DNA from: the human T2T-CHM13v2.0 reference genome, Homo sapiens
Length of the DNA stretch: 64,000 nucleotides
Direction: 5' to 3' (one strand)
Assembly (NCBI RefSeq): GCF_009914755.1
Contig: NC_060939.1
The notes beneath the pieces were generated by a model. The model searched no databases. It was not told the DNA's origin and saw nothing but the letters and a program-made list of their open reading frames with translations. A program made the position numbers and the translations under genes. Of this stretch, positions 15,515-30,419 are shown piece by piece; within the stretch, counting starts at the first letter, position 1; every line of letters begins with the position of its first letter.

Positions 15515-16153
15515 CCACTCCCATTGTGCTGCTGCAGCACAGCCGTCTGCGGACTCACCTCACACAGGCTTGGTATCAAAAACAACATTGCTTTTAAGAA
15601 ATCTATTTTTCTGCAAAATAAAAAAAAATGGTTGGTGGTCTTCATTCATTAGTTTTACCATGTACCACATACCCGTAGGCAGCTGGCCTTACAGAAGGAT
15701 GCATTAACATATTGCAGACTCAAGTGATACCATCAATGGAGAGACAACAGCTTTTGAGGTTAGGGTGCTGATTTCCAGGGTACAATGTACGCCTTGAACC
15801 AGGAGCCAGTACATGGGGCCTAGAACCAAGGGATGGATGTGGAAATGTTGCTTGTCACTGTCACACCTAATGATCCATTCGCAATGTTTTTGCTTCCTAT
15901 CCCTACAACTCAGGGCTGTTTGGGTTTAAAGATATTAGTCTTGAAAAAAGAATGCTTCCAACAACAGACACAATGGTTTCAAAAACATGGCCATTTCAAA
16001 AACATGATCATTTTAGCTCCCCATAGTACTGTGGTTGTAACAAAACTACTACATCATGCAGGCAGAGAAGGGTGAAGATGGAACCTAGGAGTCTCCTGGG
16101 ACTTCTCCCAGTACCTTGATGTTCAGTAGTAAAAATGAATGGAAACTCTAGCC

Positions 16154-16845
16154 AGTGGCACTGAATTTTAGTGTTTGCTAATTTCCTTGATGTAAAAGCC
16201 CCCACCATAGCCAATTTCAATCTATCAACATGACATTACTGAACATGCAGTTGGGATAAGATGCACGGCAGCACAGCATTATATAGTATTTCTACTATAC
16301 ATATAAAGACATACATCATCTCAAAAGGAAGGATATATGCTAGCAAAATAATTAGAGTGATGAGTGCGGGGGTATTTATTACATTTGTTTTTAATAAACT
16401 GTATTTAATTGTAGGCTTATATAATTTAATTTTTGTTTTGTTTTGTTTTTTTGGAGATGGAGTCTCGCTCTGTCGCCCAGGCTGGCGTGCAGTGGCACAA
16501 TCTCGGCTCACTGCAACCTCCGCCTCCCAGGTTCAAGCAATTCTCTGCCTCAGCCTCCCAAGCAGCTGGGATGACAGGCACCTGCCACCATGTCCGGCTA
16601 ATTTTTTTTGTATTTTTAGTAGAGACAGAGTTTCACCATCTTGGCCAGGCTGGTCTTGAACTCCTGACCTCATGATCCACCCACCTCAGCCTCCCAAAGT
16701 GCTGGGATTACAGGCATGAGCCATTGCACCCAGTCTATAATTTAATTTTTAATAATGGCTGTTTTTAACAAATGCTCATAACATTGTTGAAAATTTACTA
16801 ATCCACTCTCACAAGCTGGTACAAGATAGATCCAGCACACCACTG
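16154..16845 (-). mobile_element. MER63-type hAT DNA transposon split by an Alu
   Basis: terminal CCAGCACACCACTG at the right end, CAGTGG at the left end; internal MER63-like AT-rich core. Confidence 0.75.
16434..16734 (-). mobile_element. AluS with TSD TATAATTTAATTTTT
   Basis: Alu consensus and flanking repeat. Confidence 0.95.
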
Positions 16846-17252
16846 ACAAAGCTATTCTATAGAGAAGTCACTGAGGTCCTAGATCCCTTACAAATGAAGG
16901 TTGGGTCACCTTTCCTAGTTAAATAATCCAGTTGGTTGAGATTCTAGCTAAAGACAAAGTGGATCCTAAATATTGAGGAGGAGAAAAATCACCAACACCA
17001 ATTCTGGCCTTGGGTTCAGTTGCAAAAACTAAGGCTACCCACATTTTTTTTTCCTTCCATATATCTATTGATGAGTTTTAATTAATTTCCTTTGTCTTCC
17101 CTTTCATTATCCCTCACTCTTGGGAAAGGTGACTTTACAATTTAGTCTGTAAATCAGATCACAGATTTTTGAGAGAGAATGTGACATACGTTGAGGAGAG
17201 CTAGACAGCCCCAGAGACCCTGAATGTGGACTTAAAGCTGGTCACAGTTCTT

Positions 17253-17622
<370 letters not shown>

Positions 17623-20009
17623 TTATGATATGATGGGTAGGAGGGAGGGATTTTTGTTTTGTCATATTTTGGTTTTGAAGTATAAATGTAGAAAGAAGAA
17701 ATATGGTTGATAAGGTAAAATTTCTAAATAACGCACCATCTCTCACTGCAAACTTGAATATAACACAACTAGTGATTGCCGCTGTCCTCTGCCCAACCCC
17801 TGTTTAAATGCAGGCAGGCTAAATTTCTTATCCTCTGCAGCAGGACTGAGAAATATGGAGGAAGGATGAAGCCAAGTAGGAAATAGCAGACACCAGGCAG
17901 CCCTTGTTTGGGAAGGATGAGAGATGGAGATTATGCTCCTACATCCTTGGTATTCTCCCCGGATCAGGGCAATGAAATGGGAACCAATCAAGTGGGAGAG
18001 TTTTAGAAGCACTGTAACTGTTCTGGAATCCATTCCGACTGCAGAATCCAGAATCATTTTCTTGATATTTAAGCTAGGGGTTGACAGCTGCCCCAAATGG
18101 TACCAGATGGCACCCGGGACCAGGACACAATTAAATCCTGCAGTAGGACTCTCAGAACTCTCGTCCAGCTAGCTGTGCTGTCTCACTCAGTTATTTCACA
18201 ATAATACAACCCCTCCTTCTATAAGCTTTGATTCGTTTTGGAACTTACTATGGCATTAGAGCAGGGTTTATGGTATCAGCTACCAAAGGGAAGGGCTTTC
18301 ATAGATATTTGTGTTTTGTTTTTAATTTTTGGCTTCCCAAAGCTTGAGCCCACTTGTGTAATTAGGAAATTCCCACCTTATGAATCTTAGTATTCCCACC
18401 TTATGAGTCTTATGAAGCTGTGCTGATAATGCCCAGAACCCACTTCTCCAGCCTCCTTTGCAATTAGTGTATAAGCCACATGGCCGAGGAATAGCCTGGA
18501 TGGCAAACCCGCCCTGAATCTGGCATTCAGTGGTAACAATGGCATCTCCACCGAGCCCTTCTGACGGTTTGGCTGGATAGCCTGCATACAGTCTTTCCAT
18601 CTTTTGAGTGATTCCTGAGTTACCTAATATTTTTCCAATAATTACTTTTCTTCTTAAATCAGACAACTATTTTTGTAATTAAAACCCTTAGTTCATGCTA
18701 CACAAATATATTCTAAGGGGAAGTAGCAGAGTCCCATTTCAACTTTTGGACCAATGACCCAGGAAGTAAGCCAGGCCACTTGGAAAAACTATGGAATTCT
18801 TTTTGAATGAGTCTGCTTGTAATGTCACTCTGCTACTTCCTTGGTGAGCTATTTGAACTCTCTGCCTTTAACCTCCCCTTTGTTCATAGGGCTCGTCCTC
18901 CAGTCACTACTGTAGAGGCAGGAGGGGAGCTCTTATATCCATAGCTGCTTGATTCCCCCTGTATTTTGTCTTTCTGTTAACGCACATAAGCACATCATAG
19001 ACTACATAACAGCAGTGTGAGGAGTTCAATACATGCATGTAGACATACATCTCAACCAAACTTAGTGTCAGAAAAAGCAACTTCAAAATTCATAATTCAG
19101 TGAAAAGAAGAAGAACATGGTTGGTCCAAATGCCACGACAAGCTCAACAATCACACCAGGAATAGAACCTCATAAAACTCTTGTGCTAAGAAGCAGTTTT
19201 GTGATAATCAAAGCATCTCTCTTTTCACTCAGGTCTAGGTACTGAGGTTAAGTTAGTTATACAAGGTCACACCAATAATTAGGAGTATACCTAGGAGCCA
19301 AACTCAAGTCTTGTTTACATTTGTACATTTCACAAAACTTTATAAATTCTCCATCATTAAATATGTCCTGGATTATCTAATCTACACACACACTGTCCAG
19401 TAAGAAGAAATTTCTGCAGAAAGTCTCAACTTCCAGTGAGCCCACTAATCTCTAAAAGATATGTCTTACTTGATTTAATGTTAATTTCTCCCCACAATGC
19501 ATTCTCTTCCTCTTCCACGCAGTTCTATTTTGATGGATCCTGATAAGCCTTGTACCTAGGAAATTCTTCCAGGCTAGTTTTTCCACTACAGGCGCTGGCG
19601 TTTCCCACTGACCATCATCATAGCCGGTGCATAATGAGCCCACCAAGCTCTTGAATATGTCCAGAGCCAAATGCAGAAGAGAAAGGACTGACCTGGGCCA
19701 CTGTTCAGTGTTTTACTGTAACACAAAACAATAGAAAGTGCTCTTTTATTCACTCAAGTCCTAAAGGTGCTGTACTCTGGATTAAAGAGGTAGCTTGGGG
19801 CAAACAGAAACCCCAAAAGACTCATGTTTTTCTTTGGCCTTAGGAAGCTCAGACCTGACTTTGTAGGCCAAGTTTGGTTATGGTATGAGGACTTTACACT
19901 TAGCTTTATCTTAATCCTCAATTGCCTAACATAATTACTTTTGTCTTATACATATTTCTGTAAGTCATTGTTTATTTTTCTGAAGAACAAGGTAAATTAC
20001 TTTCACCAT

Positions 20010-20730
20010 TTTTTTTTTATTTTGAAATAGTCACCAAAAGTTTTCAAGATATTACAGAGAAGTTTAGTGTGCCCTTTACCCAGTTTCACTAAATGGTTAC
20101 ATTTTACATAAATAATCAAAATCAAGAAATTGACACTGGTGCAATATGTATATGTGTAGTTCTAGGTCATGTTCTCACATATGTAGATTCCTGTAACCCT
20201 GGAGGCACCCTGTAATCAAGATACACAACTATTCCATCCCCACAAAGATCTTTCCTGCTATCTCTTCATATCGTACCCACTCCCTTCACCCTTCGTGTAT
20301 TAGTCCATTCTCAGACCACTATAAAGAAATACCCAGGACTGGGTAATTTTTAAAGGAAAGAGGGCTAATTGACTTACAGTTCTGCATGGCTGGGGAAGCC
20401 TCAGGAAACTTATAATCATGGCGGAAGGAAAAGCAGGCGTGTCTTACGTGGCAGCTGGTAAGAGAGAGAGTGTGTAAGAGCAAGGAAAACTGCTTTATAA
20501 AACCATCAGATCTCATGAGAACTCACTCACTATCATGAGAACAGCATGGAGAAACTGCCCCCATAATTCAATCACTTCCCTCCCTCCACACATGAGGATT
20601 ACAATTCAAGATGAGATTTGGGTGGGGACACAGACCCAGACTACATCACCTGGCACCCACCAACCTGTTCTCCATTGCCATAATTTTGTCATTTTGAGAA
20701 TGCATATAAATCAGTTCATGTAGTATGTGA
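20010..20730 (-). mobile_element. L1MC-type 3' fragment interrupted by a MaLR LTR
   Basis: TTATTTTGAAATA..CCCTTTACCCAGTTTC..AAATTGACACTGGT motifs. Confidence 0.65.
20296..20648 (-). mobile_element. Solo THE1/MST LTR
   Basis: TGTATTAGTCCATTCTCA...GAGATTTGGGTGGGGACACAG...ATCA. Confidence 0.9.
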
Positions 20731-20976
20731 AGGTAAATATATTTTTGAAGTACATTTATTTTTTCACTCATCTTTTTTTCTCTAGATCATTTTCATTTAC
20801 CATTTTATTAACATATCCACTTATTCAAGCAGAAGACTTGGCTGGGAAAGCCACCACTGGAGAGATTCAAAATGTTCTAAGACCACTCTTACTTCACTGT
20901 AGCATATAATTTGGTTTAGTAACTTACACGTAAAAATTTTATAGATGATAGGACAGATAACTATATCTTTATTCTC

Positions 20977-21470
20977 TGTGGCAGATTCGATAATGGCTTC
21001 CCAAAGATGTTATCCATGCCTTAATCCCTAGAACTTGTGAATGTCACCCTGTATGGCAAAAAAGGACTTTGCAAGTGGGATTAAATTAAGAGTTTTGAGA
21101 TGGAGTGATTATCCTGGATTATCCAAGTGGACCCTCCTAAATGCAAGCACGTATTCATATAAGAGGGAGACAGAGTGGAATGTGACTACAGACAAGAGAG
21201 GAGAAGGCAATGAGATAGTGTGACCATGGAGACAGAGGTTGGAGTGACACATGCACAAGCCAAGGAATGCCAGATGCTACCAGAAGCTGAGAGGCAAGGA
21301 ATGGGTCTTCCCCAGAGCCTCTAGAGGAAGTGCAACCCTGCTGACACTTTGACCTAGTGAAACTGATTCCTGACTTTTGGCCTCCAGAAGTGTGAGATAC
21401 TACATTTCTTTCATTTTAGGCCACTAAATTTATGGTAATTTGTTTAAAGTGCTCATAGGAAATGAATATA
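20977..21470 (+). mobile_element. Solo MLT1C/D LTR
   Basis: ATTATCCTGGATTATCC, AAGCCAAGGAATGCC and GGCCTCCAGAA motifs. Confidence 0.85.
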
Positions 21471-22554
21471 CTCCCCAACAACTAAGATGGTGCCTTTCTG
21501 ATATATTGCAAGTGCTCAAGAAATGTTTCATGAACTTCATTGAGTTCAGAATGAAAGAAAAAGGTTTGTAAAAGGGAATTTCTGAAAGGCTTAATGGAAG
21601 GAGGATTTGGGTTGTCCCTTGAAGAATTAGGTAAATTACAATAGGAAGAAATGGAGCAAGAGATTATTTCAAGTGGTGTGAATAAGATGGGCAAAGCAAG
21701 GAGGCAGGAGAGCCCAGTACTATGAGGGCAATGATGCTGGGATATTGTCCCAGCTTGGCTGGAATAAAAAAGGTCCTCGCTGGGAATCAGTGGGGGAAGC
21801 ACCACAGTACAAATGGCTAGCTACTTCATTGATCAGTGCATGTATGGGTTTTCACTGGCTTTCCTCCAGTGCAAGTAATCCTGCCAATATGGGAGACTCT
21901 CAAATGATTCTTCTAAGACCCGAGCATAAGCAGCGGTGTTCTGTAGTGTGCTGTAGAAATCCCACTTCAGTGGGTCCACTTGGCTCCCCTGCCAGGAAGC
22001 CATTTGGAGCCCAGTAGGATAGAAAGAATGTGTTTGCTCCTCTGGGAGATGGCTCTGTCAATTACTGACCAACTGTTATCATTGTCTTAGTTACCATTCT
22101 GTAATAGTTCTAATGCACAAATTTCATTCATTAGCTTGGTGTGGATGTGGTAATCTATGTAGCAAATGGATGGGCTTGTCATCTGTCTCCAAAAACTCCA
22201 ACACTCACTTCACTCCCAGCATCCAAGAAGAAAAACACGGTCAACTCTATTTAACCCAGTATCCTGTTTGGGCTCCGTTCATGAGCCCATCAGCACATCC
22301 ATTGCATAATGATAATCAGTGTTGTGATGTTGTTGATGATCCTGAGATACTATAAGGTCTTGACAGTCCTTGTGAATTCTCAAAGTACATTTCTTCAACA
22401 CAGTTTCTTATTTAACAGAATTCTGTGTTTTAACCAGAACATTTTATTCTCTGCCCACACGGCAATCTCCAACTGGCAGGCTTCCCAAATTCATGCCTAT
22501 TTATCCAAGATTGCCTTTTGTTTTCTCAAGAGCAATTGCAGAAATATTTGGAAC

Positions 22555-23040
22555 TTGTGAGAGTATGGATTTTGGAATAGAGGTAAAAGATAGGTAGACT
22601 AATGGAACAGAATGAAGAGTCAAAAAATAGCCCCAGATATATATAGGAATTTGATATGTGCTCCAGGTGGCATCACAAGTCAGTGGAGAAGACAGAGAGC
22701 ACTGAATTAAAAAAAAAAAAAGATAACTGAATTCAACAAACTGTATAGCAATTTGGAGAATAATTAAACTGAATCTATCCCTCACACAATAGCATAAAAC
22801 AAACTCCAAGTGGATTATGTGTTTAAATATAAACAATATCATACAAGCACTAGATAAAATATGTTGGGAAAGAATGTTTAAGGTGTAACACTAATGTCAG
22901 AAACCATAGACTGATAAATTTAACTGTATACAAATTTCAAATTTCTGAATGAGAGAAAAACAGTTAAATGACAAGTGAAAAAAATCAGGGGAAAAATTGC
23001 AGTCTATATGACAAAGAGTTAACATTGTTTTACAGGTAAT
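22555..23040 (+). mobile_element. Old L1M ORF2 fragment
   Basis: AATGGAACAGAAT..AAACTCCAAGTGGATTA degenerate ORF2 sequence. Confidence 0.65.
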
Positions 23041-23162
23041 TCTTAAATTAGCTACAAAGGTTAAAAGCCATCATTCTTCCTCTCTTGCCCACATAGTCCA
23101 ATTCAATTAAGCACTCTTAAGCCCAGACTCTTAAAACAAGGATTGGAAGCCTATTTATTTGA

Positions 23163-23537
<375 letters not shown>

Positions 23538-24668
23538 TAGATGCATCCAACATATTGGAAAAGATAACATCAAAGCACAAACAGTGATTATCTGTAGGCT
23601 TGGAGTGAATTATTTTTGCCTTTTTCCTATCTGTATTTTCTGAAATTTTCTAAATTGACTATGCTTTGGAAATTAGAAGGAAAATTTATCAGCCCAGGTT
23701 CTTAATTATAAGCAATAGAAATCAATCTGGCTGTTTTAAGCAGGCAGGGATTTATTTAAAATGTACTGGCTATCTATAGAGAAGGTAGAAAATCAGGCTT
23801 AGGCCTGAGCAGACAGAAACAAGTTTCCAAATTATACTCCAAAGCCTATCGGTGAGAAAACAGCTGTTCCACCAAGCATGAGATGTTCATCTTTTGACCA
23901 CCTCCATCTCTGCACTAGGAACCTGATCGTGCAGTAACCCCAACTGTCGTTGCTGCCAGAAAGACGAATATCACCCTTGCCTCTTACCGTTGCTTAGTCC
24001 CCTAGTCAAAGTTGAGGGCACATTTGGCAGAAAGTGCTGGCCTGGGTCATGTGCCTGCACCCCAATACCACCTCTGTCAGGGAAAAGCAATCGTTTGGCA
24101 TTTTCAGCCTCTATAGTGAGCAGATGTCTCCACATCTTATCAAGACTCATAAGGCAGAGAATTCCCAAGAGGTAGAAAGGTGGTTCGTATGCTGCGTGGT
24201 CAAGAGAACAGTAAACGTCCACTACACACTACACTTTTAGAAAAAGATGTTTATAAAAATACAGAGAAATGGAGCACTCTAAGGAAAGCAGTAACAGTTC
24301 AGGGAGAACTGTGAAGGGGTTGAGCATAATTCAGGTAGAGATGATGCCTCTACTTGTTGAAAATCATCTTCCTCTCCCCCTAAAATATGAATCATTTCCC
24401 TTCATTTTATTGTTTTTCCTAAGATTATCTGCCAATTAATACATTATTGGGGGTTAAACATGCTTTTCAAAAATAGTGTACAGTGGGTTATCAATAACTT
24501 ACAGCCAGTGTGAATTAATTTAGTCACACTGATTTTTAATTCCTGCCTCAAAGCTATACCAATTCCTATCTTTGAAGGAAGTGAGCGAGAGGAAAGAAAA
24601 CAAGAGCACATGCACTTAGGGCCTAGGTAAGAGGGTACAAAAATGGGGGACTTACGGTATGGTGAGCA

Positions 24669-25142
24669 TGTTAATGAAAAAATTATTCAGTGACATTTGT
24701 GAAAGCACATTAAGAAGGTTTTATTCAGGACCATCGTGTTAGGATAGGGACCACTGCAACAGAGTTTGCAAAAGTGGAGAGAGACTGGGATTGACTCTGA
24801 ATATAGCATGGGCAAGTGGACATTTATAGCCAAGGAGCATGGTTGGAGGGGTGGTCACTGGATGGGAAATTTCTACAAGACAACATCAGGAGTAAGGCTA
24901 AACTAACCCACAGGATTCTTACTGAAGACAGATGGGGTGATCAGACATCACCTGTGGAAGGTGGAGTATGAGGAATCGGATCAGATGTCAAGAGTGATCA
25001 GCTATCAAGGGTGAGGGCTCTTGCTAAACTGACTTGGTAGGGTTCTTTGCTAAAACTGGGTTGTACAAGGAAGTGCACAGATGGGCCTAGGAGAAGGTTG
25101 AATAGCTTGACTAAAGTTTGGCCAGGCAAAGAATTTTTGTCA
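24669..25142 (-). mobile_element. ERV1 solo LTR (MER31-like)
   Basis: reverse complement begins TGACAAAAATTCTTTGCCTGGCCAAACTTTAGTCA; AATAAA near its 3' end. Confidence 0.75.
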
Positions 25143-27650
25143 TGTGCATAGAAGGCCAGAAGGGAGTGACACAGAAAATGAAAAATAAATAAAAGGCAGG
25201 CAAAAAACCAACCAACCAACCAAAAACAACAGATACAGATATCTACTTAAGAAATTTGTTTGAAACATCTGTGACCCAAGAATAAGGCAAGAAAAAAAAA
25301 AAAACACGGATTTTTCCTTATGGACTCAAAATGTGGACTATTACCCTGGGTCAGTCATCTCATGGACTACAAATTATTCCAAAATAAAAATGTTACTAAA
25401 AATAGCTTTCTTACCATTAAGTCCGATGGAAGCACTTTAGGAAATGTGCCATTTTTATCCCACGGCATGTGCCCTGAGGCACTGCGTACTCCAGCTTGAG
25501 ATGTATACCAATTGATGTGCTGGCCCCATGGAGAACACCACGCCAATTTCAGAACCAGGAATAACTGTGTTCTGCCTGACACCGTGCCTCACATATGTGA
25601 TGTTTTCATCATTACATTGGCCACTAGGAAGTTGAGAGTCAAACTGAGGTCAGCCCCAGAAAAGCAGGATATTACAATGTTAAATGGCATATTTCCTGCA
25701 TAACAAGCTGCTGCTTGTTTTTCCTATCCTTTTAGTATTTATCATCCCCATTCTCCTCTCCCATATTAAGAAAAAAAAAGTCAGCCATCTTAAAATCCTT
25801 TTTATAATGAGGAAGGGCAAAAATAATAAATATGCATATTGACATTTGCTTGGAAACCTAGAATATAAATTCAAGGCACTAGCTCCTTATTCTGGTTAGA
25901 CATCAAATCACAATTAAATCTTCCTCAAATTCTCTGTTGTCCTGGTAACTGCTCTCTACTTAGAGAACATGGAGGGCGAGATTGCCCAAAAGGGTCTGGA
26001 AGGAGAGCAAGAGCTTATTAAGGAATTCTTTCTGATGTTCATAACCACACAACAAGCTGTGCCAGAACGACAGCGCGGAGCTGGAGAAAAGCCCTCCTTC
26101 AGGTTATCCCAATTGCTGTGATATATTTTAGGCTCTGCCGCCGTTAAATGCTATGGACATTATAATAATAAGATTGGCCATGGCACACCAAAAACATTGA
26201 CAATAAATAGTATTTTGGATAATCAGATTGAAAATCCTCTTAAGACACATTTGACTCTAACAGCTATATTTAGACTTAGATGAACAGTGGCTGGGGGATT
26301 TTAAGTGTCAATTGGTGTGAATGAATAAAGATGGTTTTAAAGGAGCTATATTGCTTAGGGATTAAGGCCAACTGGAACAATTCACTTAAAAAAAAAGCCT
26401 CCACACTCAGTAGTGCAGCTCACATTTATCTGATTGAGGCAGATACACTTTAATCCTTAGGACTTGTATTGGTAGTCCTGGGATGGTTCGTCTCTCCATT
26501 TGTACAAAGCATAAATGAGATCTTGCAACTCCTGTAACTGAGACAATGTTTGCAGCAACAACAAAGAGGAAAAAAAATTTAAGTAGCAGTCATTTTTATT
26601 TTGGCTTAACAGATTTTCAGCAGGAAGACTCTGAATATGAATCGGCTTCATTTTTAAATCCTGAAGAAAATTTCTGAAGCAGCCCATAAGGTGCCACTTT
26701 AGTCAGAGGCAATTTAAAAAAGCCTAGAATAGCAAGAAAGAAAATCACCAAATTTGTTTGGACATTGTAGGGGGAAAAAGTTACAAATTATATTAACTCC
26801 ATTCTCACATCCTCCCTGAGTCTATTTGCTTTTATACTCCTAGAACTCTTCCCCTTTTTGGAGGTAGGAATGGGGCAGGAGGCATGGTGTAAATAGTAAG
26901 AAAAACTTACATTAAGATATTGGTTACTTCCAACAATGGCATTGTGATAAGCACTTAATAAAGAGAATGGTGCAGACTTTCTTCCAATAGGCAAGTGATT
27001 CTTCTCAAGGGTCAAATTCCACTCTCTCATTGATAATTTGAGCATTGCTAGAAAAAGTAAACACCAGAATTCCTCTCTGGGTCTTTGTTTTCATGGTCCT
27101 TAAGGACCACTGAAGAAGGCATTTCCAAACTTAAATTCCTAACAATATATAGCAACCTTAAGAATCCTGGAAACTACTAGAAACACAGTTTCTCTAAGTG
27201 AAATATCAACAAAGGACATGTACCTACTTGGATTTCCTGCAGGTACCACTTTTAAAGTGGGATTCACCATATTCTTCTAGCCAGTAAGCAAGCTACTTAA
27301 TGATGCATAAAACTAATTATTGTAAGACTGAATCTGTTTGGTAGCTGTTCACAATGTGGAAAATCACACTTTTTCATGGCCTATTTTCTTTTAAAATGTG
27401 TGCCCCTTTCCCATCCTTAATGGGTTCTGTATATGTAAAATAAATACTCTTCGCAGCAGGACCCTGGCTTCGAGGCCTTAAAACCCAATAGAGTCCTGTA
27501 GTTTAATGGTCCTTAAATGCTCAACATCTTTTTCACTTAATGCAAAATCCATCTGATCTAATAGCTGTGACTGAATTATAGATATATAATTTTTTTCTAT
27601 TAAATGTTAATCTTCTGACTTGGCAGAGCAATAGACGCTCTAAATTATTA

Positions 27651-28062
<412 letters not shown>

Positions 28063-28417
28063 CTATTAAGTACAATTTGATGCCAAATATCAATTATAAG
28101 GGGCATTGTTTTTATTGATGTCTCTTCCATTATTTTACTGAATGGAATATATATACATATAAATTAGACTGAAATATATATATATATATGAACTGGAGAA
28201 GCAACCCTCACCAGTCTTGCTCTTTTTCATTTACATATGACATTTTTGTAACCTTCTCTTTTTGGTTGAATTAATTCATCATCAATGTTTGTTCATGCAG
28301 GCATAAATAATGAAAATGCCTCTAATATATAAGTGATGTCACATGCCCAATTACACTGAACACAAGCACCCTCACTGCCCAGGGAGTCTTGTTGGAATGC
28401 CATCGCTGATACAGCTT

Positions 28418-28450
<33 letters not shown>

Positions 28451-29459
28451 TCTGTACATTCATTACTCACTTGAGCCCAAAGGTCAATATATTCAGTAAT
28501 AATCAGAAACCATGCTAAGAAGCAGGTTAATATTTACCTGGAGAGGCTGGTCTAAAGAGTCCTGTTTCAAATAGCTAAGATCAAAACACGGGAAAGAACT
28601 GAATTTCCAGCAACAGTCTCAGGTTCAGTTTCCAGTTTAGCGGGGAACAACACTGAATGAAATGACAGTTGAAATGTCTATACTAATTTTCATTTCGTAT
28701 TTTGTGCACAATCTATTTTATGGTGCAAATTCTGCCTTTACTTCTCCAGTGCTTTTTATCCTCCCTCTGAACTTATTCATAAAACTTAGGGGCCAAGGGT
28801 AAGATCTAGGTCAGCCACATCTTTCATGTTCATCACAGGCATTCTCTTTCAACCCGTATTTTGGTGCCAGAGGAGCTACCATTACTTTGGTGCACAGAAC
28901 CAACAAGAAAAAAGATCGCAAGGTTGCAGAATCCAGTGATGAAAACAGAGGCAATAAGAAGTAACTGTCTTCTACCATGGTGAAGCAGATGTCAAAAGAA
29001 GCTTGTAACCACTGCTAGGGTCTGGCACTCCTGCAAGCAGGCACTGATGTATCTAGTCACCATGAACACCAAAAATTAACTAGAAACTCTTCCCTTTTTT
29101 ACTTTGAAACGAGTCGGTCAAAGACATGAACATTCAGGTAGGGTAACAAGCACATGTGTGAGAATAGTTTTTAGGTCCTTCCTTGTCAGAGGAAAGCTGA
29201 TAACACTGGAGAAAAAAAATGCTCATGTTCTAAAGCTACAAGATTTTTAAAGCAGCAATGAGCCAATGCATTTATAAGAAGAGTAGAAAATTGTAAACTA
29301 TAAAATTTGGTTAGGGTCAAGAGAAAAGGTTCAACTAAAAAGCCATAAAAAAGACAAAGCTAAATTCATCTGGAATTCTAGAACAATGCTGATACAGTTA
29401 AGTGATTATAGTCACCATAATATTAAAGATTTAAGATGTTCAATGCATGAATATTTGAT

Positions 29460-29465
29460 TTTATT
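29460..29465 (-). terminator. Probable distal polyadenylation signal AATAAA
   Basis: TTTATT on + strand with U-rich sequence downstream on - strand. Confidence 0.65.
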
Positions 29466-30112
29466 TCAAAAGACAATTATTTATAACACTGACCCTCTAT
29501 CAAAAAGAATATGCTTTTCTGATGGGGAAGTGACAAAAAAAAAAAACTACACAGAACAAGAGTAATAAAGTTCTCAAGTAAGGATTGCACTCCAATAGGA
29601 ATTGAGTGATTCTCTCAGAGAGCACTCATTACATCTTAGACAACGTCACTCTTCTTTCCTCTTGGCCATATGTTCAGGTCTCATAGTCTTTCTGAACACA
29701 GAATGGCAGTGGCCAGCATTGTCCATTATCTATGTTCCGCTTGTTTACTAATTAAAAAGCTTTGGTCTTCAGTGTTGTAAACGCAATTTCTGCCTTCGAT
29801 ATCAAAAGGTGAGTGAATGAGACAAGATTAGTTGAAGGAAGTACTTGATATTTTACTCCAGATAGCTGAATGAAAATGGGTATTCTCCCTTGTACTTTGG
29901 AGTCCATCGTTTCCTACTCCCAATGCTCTCACAGACAGTAAATAAAATAGTTTAACTCGCAAATCTTTTACAAGGATGTTCAAAACAATATTCTAGAGAA
30001 AACTTTATTGATGGTTGAAAACAAAATAAAATACACATAAGGTTCCCTTCCCATCTCTAATATGGAAAATAAAACACTTAATATGAATACTCAGTTTTAA
30101 ACTTTGCTCTAA

Positions 30113-30419
<307 letters not shown>

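Larger units (their letters stand above)
13850..17100 (+). mobile_element. Decayed ERVL-class provirus (LTR to about 14310 plus internal pol/integrase remnant), interrupted by later insertions
   Basis: LTR end AGCCAGAATTGGTTTCTGTTACTTG; broken frames at 15656-15817 read YHVPH..AAGLTE..LQTQ and DNSF*G*G..MYALNQEPVHG; ORF 15833 reads LVTVTPNDPFAMFLLPIP, resembling the ERVL integrase C-terminal region. Confidence 0.75.

Noticed and set aside
15279-15652. Repetitive ORFs (YPETHLGLLSHSTSW)
   Set aside because: Translations of the 62-bp VNTR.
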